From Candidatus Poribacteria bacterium (GTDB lineage: Bacteria; Poribacteria; WGA-4E; WGA-3G): a DNA stretch of 64,000 bases. Made by a program: the position numbers and the translations under genes. Below, in pieces: positions 21,307-31,853 of this stretch. The stretch spans positions 352,001 through 416,000 of the forward strand of contig OZ243938.1 of NCBI GenBank assembly GCA_965214095.1. The letters run 5' to 3'. The notes beneath the pieces are model-generated. The model was not told the DNA's origin and made no database searches. It saw nothing but the letters and a program-made list of their open reading frames with translations. Position 1 is the stretch's first letter; every line of letters begins with the position of its first letter.

Positions 21307-24300
21307 ATGAACCAAAACGATATAAAATCCGCATTAGCAGCAATGCATACCGGCGATCCATTAGACAAATCAAAAGATCTCCTCGCAACGATAGGTTACC
21401 ACAGTGATCTGACACTGGAACTCTCCGGAACCGTCGACGACTTCCTTAACGAATTCCAAACATCCAATCCAAACACCAAAACAGAACAACATTTCCGTGA
21501 AAACGCCAAATCCGCACACATTATCTTCCAATTGACTAAAGACGAAATCGTAAATAATCCACAGTTATCATTGCTTGAACCTGCTGCATTTGATAAAGGG
21601 AATGCACACTGTTTCCTTTTCTGCGCGGTTGAATTAGAAGACAACCACTACTCCCGTACCAAATATGCGGAGTTTACACGTGAAATTAACAAACGTCTTT
21701 TCGCCCCAACAGTGATTATATTCCGTGCAGGAGAACATCTAACGATTGCATTTGCTGATCGCCGTCCAAGTGAAACGGACGCGGCTCGTGATGTGTTAGG
21801 ACAGGTCACGCTTATCAAAGACATCAGGCTCAATCACACAGAACGAGACCCACACCGCGCGCATTTGGAAATCCTCTCCGAACTCTCACTTGACCAATGT
21901 ATCCAGTGGATGAACGACAATAGAAAACCGCAAAACTTTGACGGACTACTCGCTGCATGGCTCGCAAAACTGGATACGGAAGAACTTAACAAAAAATTCT
22001 ATCGTAAACTATTTGCGTGGTATGAATGGGCAGTTGACGATGATAATGTCAAATTCCCGACAGATGAGAACCGCGTCATCAAACGAGAAGAACATGTCAT
22101 CCGACTCATCACACGTCTACTCTTTATCTGGTTTATCAAGGAAAAGGGATTGATCGCCGATGCATTATTCAGCAAAGCACAAATCCAAGACCTATTGACA
22201 GAAGATGACTTTGATAAAGGTGATTCCTACTATCGCGCCGTGCTACAAAACCTCTTTTTCGCTACACTAAACACCGAGATTGACAAACGCAAGTTTAGCA
22301 CGGGAGGCAATCATAATCACCGTAATTTCTCTAAATATCGCTACAAGAATCAAATGGACGATCCAGATAAACTTTTAGATCTTTTCTCCAAAACACCCTT
22401 CATCAATGGTGGTTTGTTTGATTGTTTAGACTCCTTTGATGCGACAAAAGATGGAGGTTACCGTATAGACTGCTTCTCCGATAAGCATTATGATAAGTTA
22501 TCTATCCCGAACAGCCTCTTTTTTGACAAAGACCGTGGTCTCCTTCCGCTACTTGACCATTACAAATTCACCGTTGAAGAAAACACACCGATAGATCAAG
22601 AGGTTGCACTTGACCCTGAACTGTTGGGTCGGGTGTTTGAAAACCTACTCGCTGCAATCAACCCGGAAACGGGAGAGACAGCACGTAAGATGACAGGTTC
22701 CTTCTACACCCCACGCGCCATCGTTGACTATATGGTGGACGAGGTGTTGGTTGCATCACTCTCTCAAAAGTGTCAACCCACCGAAAGCAATGACATCGCT
22801 TGGGAGGAACGGCTGCACTATCTATTTGATTATGCGAAAGTATGTGATGATGCAAGCGTATGGTTTGACGACCGCGAATCTGCAGATATTGTCAAGACCA
22901 TCTCTCAACTCAAGATATTGGACCCAGCGGTCGGTTCCGGTGCGTTTCCGATGGGGGTGTTACACAAACTTACACTTGCACTTCGACGACTTGACCCAGG
23001 TAACACCCGATGGGAAACATTACAGAAGGAACTTGCAGCAAAACGCGCTGCAGAGGCATTTGACACACAGGATGACGACGCGCGCCGTGAAGAACTGCAC
23101 GAAATTGATGATACTTTCAAACGTTACCGAGATTCAGACTTTGGACGGAAGTTATACCTGATTCAAAACAGCATCTTCGGTGTGGATATTCAACCGATTG
23201 CGTGTCAAATAGCCAAACTCCGCTTTTTTATCTCGCTTGCCATTGAGCAGGAGAAGGACACAGACTCAGAAAACTTCGGTATCAAACCCTTGCCAAATTT
23301 AGAGACAAGGTTTGTTGCTGCGAATACACTGATAGGCATAAATTTATCCGAAACAAAGGGATTATTCCAAGATGATACTGTCCAACAATTATTAAAGGAA
23401 ATTGAAAGGATTCGTGAGAAGTTTTTTCTTGCAAATAACCGTGGGACAAAACGCGACCTTGAAAAGCAGGAAGAAAAATGTCGCACGCAATTGGAAAAAG
23501 AATTGGAGCGACAACGAACGGAATGGATACAAAATCGGCAAGCAGAAATAGAATCCAAAATTGCGTCACTCCGCAACTCTGAACAACGTGAACAGTTGCG
23601 AGAAAAGGAACAGAAAAAGTTTGAAACACATAAAAAAATCTTTGAGACTGACTTTGAAAATGCCCGCAAGATTGCCCGTTGGAAACCCTATGACCAAAAT
23701 GCAAAAGAGGACTGGTTTGATCCAGAATGGATGTATGGGATCACGGATGGGTTTGACATCTGCATCGGTAACCCGCCTTATATTCAACTCCAAAGAGACG
23801 GAGGCAGATTGGCAGATCTGTATCAACCGTGCGGATTTGACACTTTCACAAGGATGGGGGACATTTATTGTCTGTTCTATGAAAAAGGACATAAGTTGTT
23901 AAATGGAACAGGACATCTCTGTTTCATAACGTCCAACAAGTGGATGCGCGCGGGATATGGCAAAAAGTTGAGAGATTATTTCATCTTATACACCCAACCC
24001 GTTCAATTGTTGGATATGGGACCGGATGTGTTTGATGCCACTGTTGACACAAATATCCTACTGATGCAAAACAAGGTAATTTATGATGGTGTTATGACCT
24101 TCCGAGCTGCAACGATTGGCGCAGATTTTGACAGACTGACCAGTAATATTTCCCTATACCTACAAGATAATGGTGTGGATATGGAAATGCCAACAGAGGG
24201 TGAACCGTGGGCGATACTCTCATCTGCTGAAATGAACTTGAAACGCAAAATTGAGGAGGTCGGAACACCGCTTAGGGATTGGGATATAAATATCTATCGT

Positions 24301-25092
24301 GGGATTGTAACAGGTTGTAATGAAGCGTTCATCATAGATGAAGCAAAACGTGAGGAACTTATTGAACAAGATCCGAGATCAGCAGAAATCATCAAACCGT
24401 TGCTGCGTGGAAAAGATATTAAACGCTACCGTGCGGAATGGACAAAAATGTATTTACTGTTTATACCTTGGCATTTTCCATTACATGAAGATTCCATGAT
24501 TACAGGTTCATCCTTAGAAGCAGAGAATGCATTTGAGGAAAATTATCCTTCCATATTCAGTCATTTATTGCAATACCAAGATAGATTGTCAAATAGGAAC
24601 AGATCAGAAACAGGAATTCGATATGAATGGTACGCATTGCAACGTTGTGCAAACACTTATTATACAGAATTTGATGAGGAAAAAATAGTATGGAAACGGA
24701 TAGGTTCTATATTACGCTTCGCCTATATACAACACACGGTGTATTGCCTTGATAGCACTTGTATTGCTACAGGTAAGAATATCAAACTTCTTACAGCAGT
24801 GTTAAATTCTCCTATCTCTCATTATCAGCTGTTTAGCCACGCACCTAAAACTGGCACAGGTGATGTGATTGTAAGCGTACAGGCAATAGAACCAATTCTT
24901 GTTCCACTAATCACTGAGGCAAATCAGGGTCTTATCACAGAAATTGAAAATAAGGTTGATGAAATCATTGCAGTGAAAGCGGCAGACCCAGGGGCTGATA
25001 CTACTGACCTTGAAGATGAGATTGATTGTCTGGTTTACGGTTTATATGGGTTAACTGACGATGAGATCGCGATTGTGGAGGGAAAAGAATGA
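21307..25092 (+). CDS. Type IIG/Eco57I-like N6-adenine DNA methyltransferase with TaqI-like target-recognition domain
   Basis: LGRVFENL, GSFYTPR, ILDPAVGSGAF (motif I), IGNPPY (motif IV), FITSNKW, LLRGKDIKRY, YGLTDDEIAIVE. Confidence 0.9.
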   Translation: MNQNDIKSALAAMHTGDPLDKSKDLLATIGYHSDLTLELSGTVDDFLNEFQTSNPNTKTEQHFRENAKSAHIIFQLTKDEIVNNPQLSLLEPAAFDKGNAHCFLFCAVELEDNHYSRTKYAEFTREINKRLFAPTVIIFRAGEHLTIAFADRRPSETDAARDVLGQVTLIKDIRLNHTERDPHRAHLEILSELSLDQCIQWMNDNRKPQNFDGLLAAWLAKLDTEELNKKFYRKLFAWYEWAVDDDNVKFPTDENRVIKREEHVIRLITRLLFIWFIKEKGLIADALFSKAQIQDLLTEDDFDKGDSYYRAVLQNLFFATLNTEIDKRKFSTGGNHNHRNFSKYRYKNQMDDPDKLLDLFSKTPFINGGLFDCLDSFDATKDGGYRIDCFSDKHYDKLSIPNSLFFDKDRGLLPLLDHYKFTVEENTPIDQEVALDPELLGRVFENLLAAINPETGETARKMTGSFYTPRAIVDYMVDEVLVASLSQKCQPTESNDIAWEERLHYLFDYAKVCDDASVWFDDRESADIVKTISQLKILDPAVGSGAFPMGVLHKLTLALRRLDPGNTRWETLQKELAAKRAAEAFDTQDDDARREELHEIDDTFKRYRDSDFGRKLYLIQNSIFGVDIQPIACQIAKLRFFISLAIEQEKDTDSENFGIKPLPNLETRFVAANTLIGINLSETKGLFQDDTVQQLLKEIERIREKFFLANNRGTKRDLEKQEEKCRTQLEKELERQRTEWIQNRQAEIESKIASLRNSEQREQLREKEQKKFETHKKIFETDFENARKIARWKPYDQNAKEDWFDPEWMYGITDGFDICIGNPPYIQLQRDGGRLADLYQPCGFDTFTRMGDIYCLFYEKGHKLLNGTGHLCFITSNKWMRAGYGKKLRDYFILYTQPVQLLDMGPDVFDATVDTNILLMQNKVIYDGVMTFRAATIGADFDRLTSNISLYLQDNGVDMEMPTEGEPWAILSSAEMNLKRKIEEVGTPLRDWDINIYRGIVTGCNEAFIIDEAKREELIEQDPRSAEIIKPLLRGKDIKRYRAEWTKMYLLFIPWHFPLHEDSMITGSSLEAENAFEENYPSIFSHLLQYQDRLSNRNRSETGIRYEWYALQRCANTYYTEFDEEKIVWKRIGSILRFAYIQHTVYCLDSTCIATGKNIKLLTAVLNSPISHYQLFSHAPKTGTGDVIVSVQAIEPILVPLITEANQGLITEIENKVDEIIAVKAADPGADTTDLEDEIDCLVYGLYGLTDDEIAIVEGKE

Positions 25093-27002
25093 GCAAAGGA
25101 CTTAAGATTTTCATTACCTATGCACATAAAAATGCAGAAGCAAAGGACGAATTGATAACCAGCCTTGCTGTCCTGAAGCAAAACGGATTAATTGATATCT
25201 GGCATGACAACGAAATCCTACCTGGAGACAAATGGCGAGATGCAATTTTTAACAACCTCGCCGATTCGGACATTCTACTCTATCTTACTTGTCGGCATAG
25301 TCTTGCCTCTGAAAATTGCAATAAAGAATTAACTGCAGCGTTAAATCCAAACATAAGTGTGATTCCGATTATTCTTGAACACTGCGATTGGCAAAATCAT
25401 CAACTCAGCGATTTTCAAGCACTACCGGACAAAGGCAAGCCAATTAACGAGTGGCAACCTGAGAGCAAAGGTTGGCAAAACGTAGTAGATGGTATCCGAA
25501 AGGTCATTAAAGGAATGCAATCTCAGAAACAACCTTCGTCTACGGTAACACCTGAGGAAATAGAAACTCTTGCTTTATTAGCATTCCATCGCGGGAACTT
25601 CATGCTGATGTTGAATCAAATAGACGAAGCGTTAAAAGCTTACTCGCGCGCGATTGAACTCAGTCCCAATAGTATTGCAGCAGCATATAGCAATCGTAGT
25701 GTTGTTTACCTTGAGAAGGGTGAATTTGACAAATCTGTCGAGGACTGCAATAGTGCTTTAGTTCTCAAACCCAATTATGCTGATGCTTACAATAATCGCG
25801 GTGCTGCCTACGGGGCAATGGGTGATTTTGATCAGACTATTAAAGACTGTACTAAGGCGATGCAACTCAAACCTGAGCATGCTACAGTCTATAGTAATCT
25901 CGGGAATGCATACCGTGTCAAAGGTGAATTTGAACGCGCAATTGAGTACTTTTGCAAAGCAATTCAACTTGATCCCAATTATCCCAACTTCTATAGTAAT
26001 CGTGGGGCGGCCTATGCAGAAAACGATGAATATGACAAAGCCATGAAGGATTTCAATAAAGCCATACATCACAATCCCAATTATCCTCTAGCCTATAGTA
26101 ATCGCGGGAATGCTTTCCTTGACAAAGGAGAACTTGATCTTGCTATCTCGGATTTTAACAGAGCAATACATCTTAACCCCAATTTTACCATTGCTCATTA
26201 TAACCGAGGGACTGCTTACTTCCAAAAAGATATGATTGACGACGCTTTTGAAGATTTTACCAAGGCAATAGAACTAAATCCGGATTTTGCTATTGCTTAT
26301 TACAACCGAGGTGTTTTATACAAACAAAAAGGTAAGATTAGTGCTGCTATTGAAGACTTTACTAAAGCAATACAACTTAAGCAGGATGATGACCAAACAT
26401 TTTACAATCGTGGACTTGCTTATTACCAAAAAGGAAATATAGATTCTGCTATTGCAGACTTTACCAAATCAATACAACTCAATCCCAAGTTCGCAGAACC
26501 GTATTACAGTCGCGGAACTTCATACAATGAAAAAGGTGAGATGAATTTAGCCATGACAGACTATAGTAAAGCAATACAACTTAAGCCTGATTATGCAGAA
26601 GCATATAACAATCGCGGTACTTTATATAATCAAAAAGACGAACTGGATCTAGCCATTGCAGATTTTACCAAAGCAATACAACTTAAGCCCCAGATTGTAG
26701 AGGCTTATACCAACCGTGGCATGGCTTATGGGAAAAAAGGTAATGTGGATATAGCTATTGAAGATTTTACCAAAGCGATACAACTTAAACCCAATTGTGA
26801 CAAGGCGTTTATCTATCGTGGGATAACTTGGTTACACCTACGAGAATGGGATATTTTCAAATCAAACTTAATCGATGCTAATAGAGTTGGTATAGATATC
26901 GCCTCAGGATTTTGTAACGCGTTCGGAACCGTTGCAAACTTTGAGCGGATAACAGGAATTCAGTTGCCAGAGGATATAGTTGAAATGCTGACGCGGTCGT
27001 AG
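25089..27002 (+). CDS. TIR domain + 12-13 TPR repeat protein
   Basis: KIFITYAH, WHDNEILPG, SENCNKEL (putative catalytic Glu); 34-aa AYxNRG...DFTKAIQLKP repeats; ATGA overlap with the methyltransferase. Confidence 0.9.
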   Translation: MSKGLKIFITYAHKNAEAKDELITSLAVLKQNGLIDIWHDNEILPGDKWRDAIFNNLADSDILLYLTCRHSLASENCNKELTAALNPNISVIPIILEHCDWQNHQLSDFQALPDKGKPINEWQPESKGWQNVVDGIRKVIKGMQSQKQPSSTVTPEEIETLALLAFHRGNFMLMLNQIDEALKAYSRAIELSPNSIAAAYSNRSVVYLEKGEFDKSVEDCNSALVLKPNYADAYNNRGAAYGAMGDFDQTIKDCTKAMQLKPEHATVYSNLGNAYRVKGEFERAIEYFCKAIQLDPNYPNFYSNRGAAYAENDEYDKAMKDFNKAIHHNPNYPLAYSNRGNAFLDKGELDLAISDFNRAIHLNPNFTIAHYNRGTAYFQKDMIDDAFEDFTKAIELNPDFAIAYYNRGVLYKQKGKISAAIEDFTKAIQLKQDDDQTFYNRGLAYYQKGNIDSAIADFTKSIQLNPKFAEPYYSRGTSYNEKGEMNLAMTDYSKAIQLKPDYAEAYNNRGTLYNQKDELDLAIADFTKAIQLKPQIVEAYTNRGMAYGKKGNVDIAIEDFTKAIQLKPNCDKAFIYRGITWLHLREWDIFKSNLIDANRVGIDIASGFCNAFGTVANFERITGIQLPEDIVEMLTRS

Positions 27003-27418
27003 GTGTGGGTATGAGCTAATACTTTTTGCTTGGTGGATTGCGTGATGTTATGGGATTTTTTGTCTGTATGTGTGAGTTGTACGTTTCTATACACATTCTA
27101 CACCGCTGGTGCTATACACAAATACATTTAGATTTATACTTTTATTAGGCATTTATGATGTGGTGATTCAACGCAGAATGCCCAAATCAAGGCTATGAAG
27201 GCGCGAATGGTATGCAGTGGGTGTAATTTGTAAGAGGCACAACAAATTGCACGACTACAAACGCATATTTTCTTAAACAGAATAAGTGTCTATCTATTTT
27301 TTGCTTCCCAATAAACACAATTTCAAAATTGTCCAAACTAAAGTATACTTAACCTCCAGAGATTATATTGTGGAGGATGGTTAGTCAGCAAATACTGTTG
27401 ACAACAGACTATATTAAA

Positions 27419-28834
27419 ATGGCAGAATTCTTTAGATTCAGGAGCATAAACGCTTTATTAGGTGAATATCAAGAACTTGAAAAGCAGAATATCTATTTTG
27501 CTAGTCCAGAAGAACTGAATGATCCTATGGAAGGTTTCCGAGATGTTTTGTGGTGTGGAGATCAAATTGTTTGGACTAATTTCTTTAAACATTATGCTTT
27601 TTGTCTGCACCGAAGTTTTAGCTTGTTCAGAATTGCTGGTGACTCTGTAGTATTAGATGTAGATAGAATTTTCATCTCGGCACATCGGGATAAACCACTA
27701 ACACCTCAAGAACAGGATTTGTTTAATACTATTTGGGATAGGTTTAGCAATCTGCCAAACATACGAAATGTTATTGAGACACTTGCGAATACGGAACGCA
27801 AAATCAGATATAGAGAAGTCGTATATTATCTTCAAGGTATACATTTGATCCTTTTAGATGAAATCCTAAAATCACATATTGACCATGGGATCATGCCAGA
27901 GACAGAGGCATTTCAACCAATTGATGAAACAGTTGTTAAAACATTCATGGAAAATCTTCTCAAATCTACAGAACTAACTGAAGGAGTCGAAAACGAAAAG
28001 CAACTTGAAGGTATATTCCAGATAATTGAAACCCGTTATGACAATATACTGTTCATGTATCAATACAATAATCGTAAGGATTTGACAAGTGTTTCAAGAA
28101 AAAATGAACTACTACTGAAATTTGATTTTCCTAAGATATATTTAGAAAACCTAAAAGATATGACTTTTCCAAAGTGGTGGACCGCTTGTTTTACGAAAAG
28201 TTACGCCAACTTATCTGTTTGGGCAAAGTATGCGGATGGTCATAGAGGAACATGTTTGATTTTTAAAGAAAATATCAATTGGAAACCCATGAAGTATTGG
28301 AAAACCGCAATCCGAAAAGTTACTTACGAAAATAAACCAATAGAAATTGACTTTTTTCGATCTATTGGTGTGAGTACAGTATCTGAAATTATGGGAACAT
28401 GGTACAAAGATGAGAAAGGTAATATTTCTGAATGTGCCTCTCATATTGGAGATAAATGCAAGGAAGATACTTGGCGAGAAGGCTATTGGAACAACTTTCT
28501 TCACTACATTACCACTAAGAACAGAGATTGGGAATATGAACAAGAATATCGCGTAATTCTATATGATAATGTTAGAGGTGTTATTGAAAAATCAGATCAT
28601 ACACTAAATTACGACTTTGAATCACTGAAAGGCATTATTTTTGGGATAAGGACATCTACCGAGGATAAAATCAAAATTTTCAAGATTATTGAAAGATTGT
28701 GTAAGGAAAACAAAAGAACTGATTTTGAGTTTTTTCAGGCTTACTATTCTGCAGAGAAAGGTGATATTCGTAAGTATGAAATACAACTACCGTTTCCTGG
28801 AAAAAAAAATATTCTTATCTTGACTTTGACTTGA
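27419..28834 (+). CDS. DUF2971-like protein
   Basis: IYFASPEELNDPMEG, CFT...WAKYADGHRGTCL, KNRDWEYEQEYR, IIFGIR. ATG 27419 preferred as start. Confidence 0.75.
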   Translation: MAEFFRFRSINALLGEYQELEKQNIYFASPEELNDPMEGFRDVLWCGDQIVWTNFFKHYAFCLHRSFSLFRIAGDSVVLDVDRIFISAHRDKPLTPQEQDLFNTIWDRFSNLPNIRNVIETLANTERKIRYREVVYYLQGIHLILLDEILKSHIDHGIMPETEAFQPIDETVVKTFMENLLKSTELTEGVENEKQLEGIFQIIETRYDNILFMYQYNNRKDLTSVSRKNELLLKFDFPKIYLENLKDMTFPKWWTACFTKSYANLSVWAKYADGHRGTCLIFKENINWKPMKYWKTAIRKVTYENKPIEIDFFRSIGVSTVSEIMGTWYKDEKGNISECASHIGDKCKEDTWREGYWNNFLHYITTKNRDWEYEQEYRVILYDNVRGVIEKSDHTLNYDFESLKGIIFGIRTSTEDKIKIFKIIERLCKENKRTDFEFFQAYYSAEKGDIRKYEIQLPFPGKKNILILTLT

Positions 28835-29384
28835 TACCTCATAAGTATCACACATAGATGTGGGAACTGTGTCCTGAGGTGGCAGCTCTCTAAGTTCTGC
28901 TAATGCGGTGTTCAATATCGGTAAATGCAAGTGAATCCATTTATTTGCAAGAGGTTGAGCCATACTAAAGAGGGTGCCGAATAGAACCTGTTTCGGAGCT
29001 TCATGAAGGTAAAGTAATATAAATACCAACATATCTTCATGTGAAGCAAAACAACTATTTTTATAGGGTTTATATCTCCGTTTTTTACGCAGTTTTCCTT
29101 CAAGGATATGTGTTTGCATATAATCTATAGTAAACTTTTGAATTAATAGGACATTTCAAGATGTAGGAGGAAACTCTGATTCCCGATTATCACTGAGTTA
29201 TATCGCGATTCGGAGATCGCTCCTACAGGGACTTTGTATTATTATTTTCAATGTTCACTATAAAAAGCATTTAGAAAAAAGAGGTAATAGTTCTGTAAAC
29301 TCTTTTAAAGTATATCCAGTGAGAGATAGAAATGTATCAGGTTTGTCCTTAATATCTTCAAAAACGACATGAGATAACCTCCAT
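28787..29384 (-). pseudogene. IS5/ISL2-like (HTH_Tnp_4) transposase N-terminal remnant interrupted by a MITE
   Basis: FLSLTGYTLKEFTELLPLF...DMLVFILLYL...QVLFGTLFSMAQPLANKWIH; the frame is restored when 29128-29262 is removed. Confidence 0.75.
29128..29260. mobile_element. IS630-type MITE (133 bp, TA duplication) with an inverted REP pair
   Basis: TA|TAGTAAAC...GTTCACTA|TA; contains gtaggaggaaactctgattcccgat and atcgcgattcggagatcgctcctac. Confidence 0.85.
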
Positions 29385-29401
29385 CTATAAGATTGTAATT
29401 A

Positions 29402-29500
29402 TAGTTGATTTTGAAATTACTTGAACACGTTGCATAGGCGAGGTTAGGAAACCTCGCTTACCATGGGACGAAAGTGTCAACTTATATTTATAATTCACTA
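29402..29500. mobile_element. IS630-type MITE (99 bp, TA duplication); second copy at 38640-38738
   Basis: TA|TAGTTGATTTTGAAATTACTTGAACAC...AATTCACTA|TA with ggcgaggttaggaaacctcgc hairpin. Confidence 0.85.
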
Positions 29501-29756
29501 TAACATAACAGAGGTTAACTAAACTTGGAACGAAATCATTATAATGTCTAATACAACATATAAAAAACCAAAATTATAAAAATGTGAATTTGAGGATGTC
29601 GCAAATAAGTAACAACATCAGATGGCGGAGTTCCGCCACATCTCTCCATATAGATAATCCGCTGTATTGCCCAATATCTGTATCTAAAATATAATTGTGT
29701 AAACAGAATTCAATGCTGCCATGCATTAGTGGTTTTTATGCGTTAATACCATTATT

Positions 29757-29951
29757 ATGAAACTCACGCCGACTGTCTCAGAACGAATCGTGACTACTGT
29801 GGAAATGTCAAATCTTCCGCTGTATCGCATCGCAGACTATTGTGGGATCACTTATCAGACACTTCGGAACTGGCTTCGGGACGGAGAAGACTATCAGAAG
29901 CAGATTGAAGATGGCAAGATATTGTTTCTTCTAAAACACCTATCGATCTAA
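29757..29951 (+). pseudogene. HTH fragment, possibly phage terminase-small-subunit-like
   Basis: KLTP...IADYCGITYQTLRNWL HTH; short and apparently truncated. Confidence 0.35.
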
Positions 29952-30168
29952 AAACCGATACTTATAACTTGACGGACGCGTTTTCTACGACAAACTCACG
30001 ACGAAATAGATTTGTATAATCGGGCTTATCAAAACTTATTAGAATTCTAATTCCACTCAAAACATTCGCTCATATTAACCAAGCCCGGTAATTCTCGAAT
30101 GTTGCGGTTTTACCCGTTATGTGCTAAAATGGATGCAGAACACATAACTATCATTCAGGGAGGCAATC

Positions 30169-30744
30169 ATGGCATCTGTTGCAGCCGAAAAATACATTTC
30201 ACCTGAGGAATACCTCACTGCAGAACGCAGGACAGAATATAAAAGCGAATACATCTACGGTGAGATATTCGCAAGGTCCGGGGCAAGTAACGCACATAAC
30301 ATTATCACAGTAGATATTACCACTGAACTGAACATCCAATTAAGACAGCGTGGTTGCTTCGTTTACAGCGGTGATATGCGCGTTAAAACGAAGCCGACAG
30401 GTTCTTATTTCTATCCAGATGTCGTTGTTGTGTGTGATAAACCCCGTTTTGAAGATAATGTTTTCGATACCCTCTTGAACCCCATCCTTGTCGTAGAGGT
30501 ACTTTCACCATCAACTGAGGCATTTGACAGAGGTGAAAAATTCGCACATTATCAGGAACTTGTGTCCTTGCGAGAATATATCCTTGTATCACAAGATAGG
30601 ATGCGTGTTGAACACCATCGTTTGATTGAGACGCAGTGGGTAGGAAAGACGTTTGAAGCACCGGAAGATATGCTGAAGTTCAATTCCATTGAATGCGAAT
30701 TGCCACTGCGGGATATATATACCCGCATTTCATTTTCTGATTGA
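30169..30744 (+). CDS. Uma2-family (DUF820) endonuclease-like protein
   Basis: YPDVVV, VEVLSPST, DRGEKF..Y, LREYILV; GGAGG RBS. Confidence 0.9.
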   Translation: MASVAAEKYISPEEYLTAERRTEYKSEYIYGEIFARSGASNAHNIITVDITTELNIQLRQRGCFVYSGDMRVKTKPTGSYFYPDVVVVCDKPRFEDNVFDTLLNPILVVEVLSPSTEAFDRGEKFAHYQELVSLREYILVSQDRMRVEHHRLIETQWVGKTFEAPEDMLKFNSIECELPLRDIYTRISFSD

Positions 30745-30786
30745 CAATCGGAACGCCAATTCCATCCGAAACAATAACACAATAAA

Positions 30787-31152
30787 ATGCAAACATTGGT
30801 TCACATCAAGCAAACTACCGATCTACAACTCACAGATGATGATAATGATAAATTGGAAATCGGCATTGCGAAGGTTCGCAAGAACATGAAACCGCACCCT
30901 TTATCAGACTTTGATGCGCTCCTGCTGAAAAAACGGATGTTGATTGAATCGGGTATAAAAGAAATAAAAACACAGACACAACTTCAACATACGTGGCATA
31001 GAAGTTTTATCAACTTCCAAGTGAACATGGTGGCTGCCTTAATTGCTTATACCTATTTGGAGAAGAAACCCTCGTTGAACTTGCCGGAATGCAAACGGGT
31101 CCCGACAGCAACGCTTTCTCTAGAACCCTAAATCTTTTTTCTAACTCACGTT
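30787..31152 (+). pseudogene. Chimera: tyrosine-recombinase N-terminus fused to an IS982-family transposase C-terminus and IS end
   Basis: TDLQLTDDDNDKLEIGIA matches TDLQLTDEDKLRIGIA of ORF 35666; then KNMK...LLKKRMLIES...HRSFINFQVNMVAALIAY...KKPSL; aactcacgtt end. Confidence 0.75.
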
Positions 31153-31156
31153 GTAT

Positions 31157-31507
31157 TTAGAATACCAAAAACTGATAGTTCTCATTTTGCGCCTTGCGTT
31201 TGGCATCCGCTAATCCACTTACTGCGTACACTGTTTCAGCTATCCAGTCTTTTTTCTTATGTGGAACAATAAATATAAGTGTTTTTCTTTCTTCATCAAA
31301 CAAAGCAGCGGGCGAACGATTTAATTCAATCAGTCTTTTACGGACACGATCTTTACGAATTTCAAGATTCCTTTCAGCAAGACGCTGCGTGCAATGATCT
31401 GATTCAAATATTCTCCCATACTTCTTTTTCAATTTATTTTCTTCTGGCGTAGCATTTTTAGTAGCTATTTCTCGGTTTCTTTGATTTATTTCTTTGTAAT
31501 TTATCAT
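31157..31507 (-). CDS. Small basic protein, possibly DUF4258-like ribonuclease
   Basis: SDHCTQRLAERNL resembles S.HA..RM.ER; C-terminal WIAETVY; GAGGAG RBS. Confidence 0.45.
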   Translation of the reverse strand: MINYKEINQRNREIATKNATPEENKLKKKYGRIFESDHCTQRLAERNLEIRKDRVRKRLIELNRSPAALFDEERKTLIFIVPHKKKDWIAETVYAVSGLADAKRKAQNENYQFLVF

Positions 31508-31627
31508 CTGAGTATCTCCTCTGATTTTTTATACCTCAATCCTTTCATAATGGTTGAAGAATGAATAGTGTTCCATAAGAATTATTTCCTTGTTTTATGT
31601 TATTTTTACTGTTAACTAACAATCTAA

Positions 31628-31851
31628 CCTACACTCCGCACTTCTGATTTGCGTTTTTCAATAATAACTTGATAAACCCGTGTGGGACCTATATTTAGCA
31701 AACAATTTCAATTTAAAATCATGAAATAGCAAGTTGGGTTTTGTCTCAAAATATAGAACTCATAATCTCCATTATTATGTGCGAATCCTTGTGTGATAGG
31801 GGTTTACACTAATTATTATAAGAATGTATTAAAACAAGTGCGGAGTGTAGG
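31628..31851. mobile_element. 224-bp MITE with 16-bp perfect TIR and 6-bp target duplication (IS1634-like ends)
   Basis: atctaa|CCTACACTCCGCACTT ... AAGTGCGGAGTGTAGG|atctaa. Confidence 0.85.
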
Positions 31852-31853
31852 AT

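Noticed and set aside
17791-25092. Complete DISARM or BREX system
   Set aside because: No drmA, drmB, pglZ, brxC or brxL homologue visible in the window.
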